From Clostridiales bacterium (GTDB lineage Bacteria > Bacillota > Clostridia > Lachnospirales > Lachnospiraceae): DNA of 64,000 bases. The stretch spans positions 23,416 through 87,415 of the forward strand of contig JAAYNM010000023.1 in the NCBI GenBank assembly GCA_012520815.1, written 5' to 3'. Shown piece by piece: positions 18,195-26,697 of this stretch. The position numbers and the translations under genes were made by a program. Positions within the stretch are counted from its first letter, which is position 1, and each line of letters opens with the position of its first letter. A model generated the notes under the pieces. The model was not told the DNA's origin. It did not search any database and was given only the letters and a program-made list of their open reading frames with translations.

Positions 18195-20567
18195 CTATAG
18201 TTCCTCATAGAATTTTTTAGTGTTTTTAATATCATCAATAATAGTAGCGCCACCACGTTCTAGGGCTATTATCATATTATTTACTTCTTTAATTTTACGC
18301 TGCTTTTCTCGTGCAAATTTTGTCATTGCGTCATCAAATATTGGCTGTCCGGCTATTTTGTTTCTGATATCCTTGGAAAATGGGCAGTAGGACGCGAGAA
18401 TTCTTCTTGAAACTTTATTTAATCTAATAGCACCTGCTGATTCAAAACGCATCCAGATAATATAATCAAAAACGAATATTTCACGCATATTATTTCTACA
18501 GCGGGAAATTTGATTTTTAAGAGCCTCCTTCTTTTCAGTAGAAAGGTCTTTATTTTTGCGATAGAACTGAACATAGTCACAATATTCACTAGTGAGTGAA
18601 GGTACTTGTATATTATTCCATGCACTTCCGTAGAGAGTCTTACACATTTCCCAGCGGAATCGTCCCATCATTGTGAGAATGGTATCCTCTAACTTTCCAG
18701 TAAAAAGTGTAGGTAAAAGGAATCGACCTTCTGAGTTAACACGATTTCCTGAAGTCTCCTGCCACATAATGCCATTCACACCAGCAACTGGGAAGAGGAT
18801 AAAGTTAGGATAAATTTCTTTTTGTACAGTAGCACGAGGGATTTTCTTTGCTTCATCTGAAATAAGTAATTCCCTATAAAATACAGAGTAATCTATAGCA
18901 GTTAGCCCCCGTACCACTTCATTAATATCCTCAGAGGTAAGCAGCATATTTTTGATGTCTCGCTCAAAAGCATCCATATGTAACATAGGGAAGAATGAGA
19001 GAATACTGCCATTAAGTAATCGAGAGTTGTACTTTAATAAGTTTTGGATCTCAAACCTAGCCTTTAGTTCACTGTTTGCCAGTAATTCTTGCTCCTTTTG
19101 TATAGTGATAGGCTCATTTTTCTTGCGTTCCCTAATGAAATCGTTGTAATTCATATCGAATTCATTTTTGGAAGTAATCTCGAGACCCTCATAAATTCGC
19201 ATCAACCAGTCTTTCATACGGTAAACATTGCAAGGTGAAACGGTATTCAATTCTGGAATAGATATAAGGAATTCAATTTGAGAGTCGGTAAGTAGACGCT
19301 CATCCATGAAGCCAAAATCTAAAAACAACTCAACTAATCGGAGTTCGGTGCGGTCTGAGCTATTTGCATAATTTATGAATACTTCTTCATATAGTTCATA
19401 AAAAATCAAGGTGAATTCTTTTCTGAATTTACGAACGTCATCCTCCCTAGAATCTTTATCGGGTAATGAAATAAAATGTTGGATAGCATTGTCATAAATA
19501 GTATATTTGCTATCATCAAACCCCGCAAATTGACAGAGTTTGCGCAAAGTATCATTGTAATCTATGAAGAAATCATTTTCCTGTGCATCTTCTTTGGTTT
19601 CTAAAGTTTCCTTTGTTGTAGATTTAGAAGGTGAGCTTTTCAAGGCATTATCACTATTATCATCTGTGGATTCACCAGGAGCACTATCTTCCATAGCCTC
19701 TACCATTAGAAAATAGAAATTTACACGGTTATAGTCTATATCAATGTCAATTCCAGCATTATCACGCAAGTCCTTATCAGTGTTCGTAATAATGTTTTTC
19801 ATATCAGTAAGTAATTCAAGTATAGTTGATTTATATTTTGAGGATGCTTTATCCGCTAACTTGGCTGTTAGTGAGAAAAGGCAATACTCACTTTTGCTTG
19901 CGAATAATGCAATAATGGTTTTGAGATAAAAAATCATATCATCATAAGCAGTAAATATATCTCGAATGAGTTCTAATTGAATAGTCAAAAATTTAGCACC
20001 GTTAGTTTTCATGATAGTGTGAGCCTTAGGTTCACTAGATGCTAGTTCGTTAAAAACTAGAAAGTTCTTGTAGAAAGGTTGTTCACTATACTTGTAGTGT
20101 GTAGCATTGTGAGGTTCTAAAAACTCAGTTGGTGAAATGGAAGCAGAAATACAGCAGTTAATATATCTGTCATGCATAGCAATGATGGAAGAATAAAAAT
20201 CTTGAACATCACTGTATAATAAGGAGTACATTTCATATAATTGAACTATAAGTACACAAAGTTCATAAGACAAACTTGAGTGTAGTGTAGTGTTTGCTTT
20301 AAGAAATTCTACTAAAGAGGCCGGAGAATCAGCAGCTAGGGAGATAAGGCAAGTTCCTTTTGTAGCAGTATAATCACCACGGTAAAACCCATCATAAAGG
20401 TCTTTAACGGCAATAAATTCACCAGCAATGAAAGTGGTTTCCCCGTGAGAATCTTCTTTTATTACAGCCCCTTCCTTTATATAACTAATGGTAGTTACAT
20501 TGTCACCCTGTTCGTATATAAGTGTATCATTTGTAAAAGCATTTAGCTTTCCAGAAATTAATCCCAT
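18195..20567 (-). CDS. Large orphan protein with N-terminal cyclic-nucleotide-binding-like beta-roll; remainder unrecognised
   Basis: 790-aa uninterrupted ORF with long noncoding flanks. The N-terminal roughly 90 aa (LIYEQGDNVTTISYIKEGAV...FIAGEFIAVKDLY) look cNMP-binding/cupin-like. There is an acidic S/T-rich linker and no TM. I see no catalytic motif. Confidence 0.6.
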   Translation of the reverse strand: MGLISGKLNAFTNDTLIYEQGDNVTTISYIKEGAVIKEDSHGETTFIAGEFIAVKDLYDGFYRGDYTATKGTCLISLAADSPASLVEFLKANTTLHSSLSYELCVLIVQLYEMYSLLYSDVQDFYSSIIAMHDRYINCCISASISPTEFLEPHNATHYKYSEQPFYKNFLVFNELASSEPKAHTIMKTNGAKFLTIQLELIRDIFTAYDDMIFYLKTIIALFASKSEYCLFSLTAKLADKASSKYKSTILELLTDMKNIITNTDKDLRDNAGIDIDIDYNRVNFYFLMVEAMEDSAPGESTDDNSDNALKSSPSKSTTKETLETKEDAQENDFFIDYNDTLRKLCQFAGFDDSKYTIYDNAIQHFISLPDKDSREDDVRKFRKEFTLIFYELYEEVFINYANSSDRTELRLVELFLDFGFMDERLLTDSQIEFLISIPELNTVSPCNVYRMKDWLMRIYEGLEITSKNEFDMNYNDFIRERKKNEPITIQKEQELLANSELKARFEIQNLLKYNSRLLNGSILSFFPMLHMDAFERDIKNMLLTSEDINEVVRGLTAIDYSVFYRELLISDEAKKIPRATVQKEIYPNFILFPVAGVNGIMWQETSGNRVNSEGRFLLPTLFTGKLEDTILTMMGRFRWEMCKTLYGSAWNNIQVPSLTSEYCDYVQFYRKNKDLSTEKKEALKNQISRCRNNMREIFVFDYIIWMRFESAGAIRLNKVSRRILASYCPFSKDIRNKIAGQPIFDDAMTKFAREKQRKIKEVNNMIIALERGGATIIDDIKNTKKFYEEL

Positions 20568-20700
20568 AGCATAGTCCTCTATTCTCTATTTTAGTAAATT
20601 ATAATTATATACTTAATTAAATACTTAATTTTTAATCACATTTTTTGATTTCTTGTTCAGAAATACGGTATACTCTTTATTCTACAATAAAAATTAACTA

Positions 20701-20729
20701 TTGACAATCAAAATGTATGAATGTATTAT
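20701..20729 (+). promoter_or_regulatory. SigA-type promoter of the gatCAB leader (TTGACA-17-TATTAT)
   Basis: TTGACA at 20701-20706, a 17-nt spacer, TATTAT at 20724-20729. Confidence 0.65.
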
Positions 20730-20750
20730 TATTGCAAAGTAAAATTTAAA

Positions 20751-21016
20751 TGCAATGAAAGAGACTTATGCTATGATAAACTCTTCAGGGAGTTGTGGCC
20801 ATGACTGAAAACCACGGCAGATGTTTTATAGTATGGGAACACTCTGGAGCAGACGCCTTGAAGATTTAAAAGTAGAAGCGTACGTCCCACGCGTTAAGTG
20901 TAAAAGTGCAGGAGATAGAGGCAAAATATTAATCTTCTGAATGCGGGTGGTACCGCGGATATTATTTTTAGTATATTCGCCCCGAAACGAACTTGTTCGT
21001 TTCAGGGCTTTTTTTT
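20751..21016 (+). promoter_or_regulatory. T-box riboswitch leader, probable Asn (AAC) specifier, with intrinsic terminator
   Basis: The Stem I base is tgcaATGAaAGAG ... CTCTgGAGCA. The candidate specifier AAC at 20838-20840 is followed by A. The T-box sequence AATGCGGGTGGTACCGCGG lies at 20940-20958. The terminator gccccgaaacgaac/gttcgtttcagggc plus T8 ends at 21016. Confidence 0.85.
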
Positions 21017-21232
21017 ATTTCATTAGAAAGGTTTGGTCCTCCTATTAAATAAAAGTATTAAAAATACCGTCCCGTAAGTTTTATAAGAAAACTATGGATG
21101 ATCCAGAGGATACCACATTTACCCTAAGCTTTGACTTACAATGAAACTGGTAGGCTCTGAGAATGTACGTGATACAACATTATTCCCAAGAGATTTGAAC
21201 AGACTTGAACCATAATATAAGGAGTAAATAAA

Positions 21233-21526
21233 ATGGCAAATATTATTTCAGACGAAACAATTGAATATGTTGGCATTCTTGCAAAACTCGAACTTAGTGA
21301 TTCTGAAAAAGAGCAAGCAAAAAAAGATATGGGCAACATGTTAGACTATATTGATAAATTAAATGAATTAGATACTACAGGTGTAGAGCCCATGTCTCAG
21401 GTATTTCCAGTAAATAATGTTTTCAGAGAAGATGTTGTTACTAATACCGATATGAGAGATGCAATTATTAAGAATGCACCAGCTAAAAAGAATGGTAGCT
21501 TTATGGTACCTAAAACTGTTGAGTAA
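21233..21526 (+). CDS. gatC: Asp-tRNA(Asn)/Glu-tRNA(Gln) amidotransferase subunit C
   Basis: 97 aa. [16 protein letters not shown]...[13 protein letters not shown] is typical of GatC, and it is followed by gatA and gatB. Confidence 0.9.
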   Translation: MANIISDETIEYVGILAKLELSDSEKEQAKKDMGNMLDYIDKLNELDTTGVEPMSQVFPVNNVFREDVVTNTDMRDAIIKNAPAKKNGSFMVPKTVE

Positions 21527-21540
21527 AGGAGCCTTATTAC

Positions 21541-23010
21541 ATGAATATTATGAGTTTAACTGCCGTTGAGCTTGGCAAGAAAATAAAACAAAAAGAAATA
21601 TCTGTTGAAGAGGCGGTAATAGCAGCTCTTGACAGTATAGAAGCAAAAGACGAGGCTGTCGGAAGTTTTGTTACAGTATGCCGTGACAAAGCAATGGAGG
21701 ATGCTAGAGAAATACAGGGTAAGATTGATAGAGGTGAACTTGACGGTCCTCTAGCAGGAGTACCAGTAGCGATTAAAGATAATATGTGTACGGAGGGTAT
21801 TCTTACTACATGTTCATCTAAAATATTAAGTAATTTCAATCCAGCGTATACAGCTGAAGCTGTACTTAATTTGCAAAAAGCAGGTGCGGTTATCATTGGA
21901 AAGACTAATATGGATGAATTTGCAATGGGAAGTACAACAGAGACTTCAGCTATTAAAATTACAAAAAATCCATGGAATCAAGAACATGTACCTGGAGGTT
22001 CGTCAGGTGGAAGTTGTGCAGCGGTAGCAGCAGAAGAATGTCACTATGCATTAGGTTCGGATACAGGTGGTTCAATCAGACAGCCAAGTTCATTTTGTGG
22101 AGTTACAGGAATAAAGCCAACATATGGCACAGTTTCTAGATATGGACTTATTGCATATGGTTCATCACTTGATCAAATTGGACCAGTAGCGAAGGATGTT
22201 ACAGATTGTGCAACTATACTTGAGGCTATTTCATCTTATGATGCAAAAGATTCTACTTCTGTTAAGAGAGAAAATTATGATTTTACATCGGCATTAGTGG
22301 ATGATGTAAAAGGTCTTAAAATTGGTATTCCAAAGGCGTATTTTGAAGATGGACTTGATAGTGAAGTAAAGGCAGCAGTTTTAAATGCTGCAAAAGTATT
22401 AGAAAAAAAAGGTGCTATTGTTGAAGAGTTTGATTTAGGACTTGTTAACTTTGCAATACCAGCTTATTACGTAATTGCCTCAGCAGAGGCAAGTTCAAAT
22501 CTTGCTAGATTTGATGGCGTTAAATATGGTTATAGAACTAGTGAATATGAAGGACTTCATAATATGTATAAGAAATCTCGCTCGGAAGGATTCGGTCCAG
22601 AAGTTAAGAGAAGAATTATGCTTGGTTCATTCGTTTTAAGTAGTGGATATTATGATGCATATTATTTGAAAGCACTTAAAACAAAGGCACTCATAAAGAA
22701 AGAGTTTGATAAAGCCTTTGAAAAATATGATGTTATTCTTGGACCAGCAGCTCCAACTACTGCTCCTAAACTTGGTGAAAGTTTAAAAGATCCAATTAAG
22801 ATGTATTTAGGTGATATTTATACTGTTTCAGTAAACCTTGCAGGACTTCCTGGAATTTCACTTCCATGTGGGGTTTCTTCACAGGGACTTCCAATAGGAC
22901 TTCAACTTATTGGAGATTGCTTTAAAGAAAATAACATTATTCGTGCAGCATATTCATTTGAAAAGTCAATGACATATAACAGATGTGATATGGCTAAGCA
23001 GTTTGACTAA
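21541..23010 (+). CDS. gatA: Amidotransferase subunit A (amidase signature family)
   Basis: AAGGAG RBS. Amidase signature GGSSGGSCAAVA ... GSDTGGSIRQP. Confidence 0.93.
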   Translation: MNIMSLTAVELGKKIKQKEISVEEAVIAALDSIEAKDEAVGSFVTVCRDKAMEDAREIQGKIDRGELDGPLAGVPVAIKDNMCTEGILTTCSSKILSNFNPAYTAEAVLNLQKAGAVIIGKTNMDEFAMGSTTETSAIKITKNPWNQEHVPGGSSGGSCAAVAAEECHYALGSDTGGSIRQPSSFCGVTGIKPTYGTVSRYGLIAYGSSLDQIGPVAKDVTDCATILEAISSYDAKDSTSVKRENYDFTSALVDDVKGLKIGIPKAYFEDGLDSEVKAAVLNAAKVLEKKGAIVEEFDLGLVNFAIPAYYVIASAEASSNLARFDGVKYGYRTSEYEGLHNMYKKSRSEGFGPEVKRRIMLGSFVLSSGYYDAYYLKALKTKALIKKEFDKAFEKYDVILGPAAPTTAPKLGESLKDPIKMYLGDIYTVSVNLAGLPGISLPCGVSSQGLPIGLQLIGDCFKENNIIRAAYSFEKSMTYNRCDMAKQFD

Positions 23011-23022
23011 GGAGGCGACACT

Positions 23023-24450
23023 ATGAAACAGTATGAAACAGTCATTGGTCTTGAAGTTCACGTAGAACTGGCCACAAAAACAAAAATTTTCTGTTCATGT
23101 TCAACAGCATTTGGTGGTGCCCCTAATACACATACTTGCCCAGTTTGTACAGGTATGCCAGGTTCACTTCCGGTACTCAATAAGCAAGTTGTTGAATATG
23201 CAATGGCAGTTGGCCTTGCAACTAATTGTACGATTACACAATATAATAAGTTCGATAGAAAGAACTATTTTTATCCAGATAATCCTCAAAACTACCAGAT
23301 TTCACAGTTATATCTGCCTATTTGCAGAAATGGTAGGGTTGAAATTGAGACAGAGGCAGGCAAAAAGAGCATAGGAATACATGAAATTCATATGGAAGAG
23401 GATGCAGGAAAACTAATCCATGATGAATGGGAAAACTGTTCACTTGTAGACTATAATAGATCGGGTGTGCCTCTTATTGAAATAGTTTCTGAGCCAGATA
23501 TGTGTTCAGCAGACGAAGTTATTGCATATCTTGAAAAACTTAGACTCATAATTCAATATTTGGGAGCTTCGGATTGCAAACTTCAAGAGGGTTCTATGAG
23601 AGTTGACGTAAATTTATCGGTGATGGAAGTTGGAGCAAAAGAGTTTGGAACAAGAACAGAAATGAAGAACTTAAACTCATTCAAAGCTATTGCTAGAGCT
23701 ATTGAAAATGAGAGACAGCGTCAGATTGAGCTTCTAGAAGAAGGTAAGAGTGTTACTCAGGAGACAAGACGTTGGGATGACAATAAAGCATATTCATATG
23801 CTATGCGTTCAAAAGAAGATGCTCAAGATTATAGATACTTCCCAGAACCAGACCTTGTACCAGTGGTTATTGATGATGAATGGCTTGCGGCAGTTAAGAG
23901 TAAAGAGCCAGAATTCAGAGATGCTAAGAAGAATAGATATATTAATGATTATAATCTTCCAGAGTATGATGCTGATATTATCACACTATATAAGAAACTT
24001 GCAGATATTTTTGAAAAGACAACAGATATTTGTAAACTCCCTAAAAAAGTTTCAAACTGGTTGATTGGCGAGACTATGAAATTACTCAAAGAGAAGGCTA
24101 TGGAACCTGATGAAATTACATTCTCACCAGAAAATTTTGCCAAAGTCATCCTACTTGTGGAAAATGGGACAATTAATGGTGTGATTGCAAAGGACGTATT
24201 TAAGATAGTATTCGAGGAAAATATTGATCCGGATAAATATGTTGAAAAAAAAGGACTTAAGATGAACAACGATGAAGTCGGACTCAAAAAAATTGTAGAG
24301 GAAGTTATCGCAGCAAATCCACAGTCAGTAGAGGATTATCACAATGGAAAGGATAAGGCTATTGGTTTCTTGGTTGGTCAGACTATGAAGGCAGCCAAGG
24401 GCAAGGCAAATCCTGGAATTGTAAATAAAATACTTAAAGAATTATTGTAG
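23023..24450 (+). CDS. gatB: Amidotransferase subunit B
   Basis: YETVIGLEVHVEL, KIFC...PNT..CPVC.G.PG and a C-terminal YqeY-like tail. AGGAGG RBS. Confidence 0.93.
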   Translation: MKQYETVIGLEVHVELATKTKIFCSCSTAFGGAPNTHTCPVCTGMPGSLPVLNKQVVEYAMAVGLATNCTITQYNKFDRKNYFYPDNPQNYQISQLYLPICRNGRVEIETEAGKKSIGIHEIHMEEDAGKLIHDEWENCSLVDYNRSGVPLIEIVSEPDMCSADEVIAYLEKLRLIIQYLGASDCKLQEGSMRVDVNLSVMEVGAKEFGTRTEMKNLNSFKAIARAIENERQRQIELLEEGKSVTQETRRWDDNKAYSYAMRSKEDAQDYRYFPEPDLVPVVIDDEWLAAVKSKEPEFRDAKKNRYINDYNLPEYDADIITLYKKLADIFEKTTDICKLPKKVSNWLIGETMKLLKEKAMEPDEITFSPENFAKVILLVENGTINGVIAKDVFKIVFEENIDPDKYVEKKGLKMNNDEVGLKKIVEEVIAANPQSVEDYHNGKDKAIGFLVGQTMKAAKGKANPGIVNKILKELL

Positions 24451-24621
24451 TAAAGCTATTTTAGAAGTAAGACCATCAGCTTTTGATACCAAACTTAGGG
24501 ATCAAGAATTGATGGTTTTTTCTAAATATGAAAATATTTGGAAAATATGTTGACTTACACTAGGGTTTAGCGTGTATACTATAGGAAATAAGATAAAATG
24601 TATTTAATATAAGGAGATTTT

Positions 24622-25554
24622 ATGAGAGACGATATTAAAATTTTAATGGACAATATTTCCAAGGTTATTGTAGGAAAAGAAGATACAGTAAAAAATATTA
24701 TTGCTGCGTTGCTTTGTGGTGGACATGTTCTTATTGAAGATGTTCCAGGAGTGGGTAAAACCAGACTTGTATCAGCACTTGCTACATCACTTGATGGAGA
24801 ATTTAATAGAATTCAGTTAACGCCAGATATTATGCCCTCTGATATTACTGGATATAGTATACCAGATAGCGTGACTGGTGAATTAATATATCATCCAGGA
24901 GTTAGTATATGTAATTTTTTACTAGCAGATGAAATTAACCGTGCTTCCTCAAAGGCTCAATCGGCATTGCTAGAAATAATGGAAGAGCACCAGATTACTT
25001 TAGATGGAAGTACACATCAGTTACCTGAGGTGTTTATGGTACTTGCAACGCAGAATCATATTGAAACATATGGGACATATCATCTTCCAGAGGCGCAGAT
25101 GGATAGATTTATTATGCGAGTAACTATGGGTTATCCAACACCTGAGGAAGAAAAAATCATTTTAGATATGGAACATATAAGGACCATGGATATTAAGAAG
25201 GTTTTGGATACTAGTGATATTGTGACTATGCAAAAGGAAGTAACGAAAGTGACAATGGCAGAGTCACTTAAGAACTATATAATTAAATTAGTAGCAGCTA
25301 CTAGGACAGATTCAAATATAACTCTTGGTGTTAGTCCAAGAGGAAGTATTGGACTCTATAATGCTGCAAAGGCAAAGGCATTTATAGATGGACGAGATTA
25401 TGTTACTCCAGATGATATAAAATATATGATTCATCCAGTTTTGGCCCATAGAATAATATTGTCGGCTAGTGGACGTGCTAATTTTGCAGATGAACATCAA
25501 TTACTTGATCACATTGTGAATTCTATAGAGGTGCCACTTACAAATGAGATTTAA
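24622..25554 (+). CDS. MoxR-family AAA+ ATPase
   Basis: Walker A EDVPGVGKT, Walker B LLADEINRA, and the SPRGS motif region GVSPRGSI. Confidence 0.9.
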   Translation: MRDDIKILMDNISKVIVGKEDTVKNIIAALLCGGHVLIEDVPGVGKTRLVSALATSLDGEFNRIQLTPDIMPSDITGYSIPDSVTGELIYHPGVSICNFLLADEINRASSKAQSALLEIMEEHQITLDGSTHQLPEVFMVLATQNHIETYGTYHLPEAQMDRFIMRVTMGYPTPEEEKIILDMEHIRTMDIKKVLDTSDIVTMQKEVTKVTMAESLKNYIIKLVAATRTDSNITLGVSPRGSIGLYNAAKAKAFIDGRDYVTPDDIKYMIHPVLAHRIILSASGRANFADEHQLLDHIVNSIEVPLTNEI

Positions 25555-26695
25555 ACTTAACTTTAAAAATATTTTTGGATATATTGGACTGATACTCTTC
25601 TTTACGTTTATAACGTTTTTTTTTGATGCAAATCTCGGAGTAGTTATATTATCTGTATTTGGTATAATTATTTTGCTTTCAATTCTTTCCACAGCCATTG
25701 GTATGCATTTTATTAAGATTGATATGCCAGTAAAGAAAATACAGGATAAGAGAGGCAGTAAAATAAGTGTGAAAATAGAAATATCTTCTAGGTTTCCTCT
25801 ACCTTTCACATTTATAGAGATTTTTTTAAAGGAACAAGTGTATCTAGAAAATTTGGGGGAAAGCCATTTTGTTTGTATGGTAGATGCCTTTAATAAGTAT
25901 GTGCATAATATTGATTATGTTACAAAAGTATTTGGAACGGACATAATAGCCATAGAAAAGATAATTTTTAGGGATTTTGCTGGAATTTTCTCATATGAAA
26001 AAAGAATAGTAAATAAAGAGATTGTATCATTAACACTGCCCAGGTATACGGAGATGGAATATGGTAGTGAAATTCTACAAATAAGCCAATACACCTCGGA
26101 TTTTGATGATAGTGAGGAAAGTAATAATCAGATGAAATCTGCAACAGGCTTTTTAGGGTATGAGCACAGGGAATATCAACCTGGCGATTCCTTAAAGAGA
26201 ATTAACTATAAACTTTCAGCAAAAAAAGGGAAACTTTTTGTTAGAGAATATGAGCCTGTTTCATACATAAGACAAGCTATTATTTTAGATAGTATTTCAA
26301 GTGAGAATAGGTATAAAAGAGAGTTATTGCTTGAAGGAATGCTTTCATATGCTGGATATATTATTAAAAATGGTGTTTGCGCAGAAGTTTATATTACTAC
26401 GGAGGAGGGCATAAGGGTTATTACCCTTGCAAATGAGGCAAGTTTAGATCAACTAGTGGACGCTAGTGGAGAGGTAAAATTCTTTGATACTTCAAAAGAT
26501 GCGCCAAAGATAAGTATAAAAAGGGCAGATAAAATAAGTTCCATTGTAATGTTTTCAAGTAGAGTTAAGGCATTTGGAAATATGGAAAAATCTTTGCCTC
26601 CTGTTCCCGTTAATTTTATTACTACAAGTAGTAACATAAATGGTAGCAATATATGGCATATTAATGCTACCCACGAAATTACAAAGGAGGCATAA
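25544..26695 (+). CDS. DUF58 (vWA-like) protein, MoxR partner
   Basis: Overlaps the moxR stop by 11 nt. Two N-terminal TMs. DUF58 signature EHREYQPGDSLKRINYKLSAKKGKLFVREYE. Confidence 0.85.
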   Translation: MRFKLNFKNIFGYIGLILFFTFITFFFDANLGVVILSVFGIIILLSILSTAIGMHFIKIDMPVKKIQDKRGSKISVKIEISSRFPLPFTFIEIFLKEQVYLENLGESHFVCMVDAFNKYVHNIDYVTKVFGTDIIAIEKIIFRDFAGIFSYEKRIVNKEIVSLTLPRYTEMEYGSEILQISQYTSDFDDSEESNNQMKSATGFLGYEHREYQPGDSLKRINYKLSAKKGKLFVREYEPVSYIRQAIILDSISSENRYKRELLLEGMLSYAGYIIKNGVCAEVYITTEEGIRVITLANEASLDQLVDASGEVKFFDTSKDAPKISIKRADKISSIVMFSSRVKAFGNMEKSLPPVPVNFITTSSNINGSNIWHINATHEITKEA

Positions 26696-26697
26696 AA

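Noticed and set aside
23111-24287. Alternative-frame ORFs inside gatB (23111-23374, 23750-24064 plus strand; 23949-24287 minus strand)
   Set aside because: They are out of frame with a full-length, motif-rich gatB. No independent signals support them.
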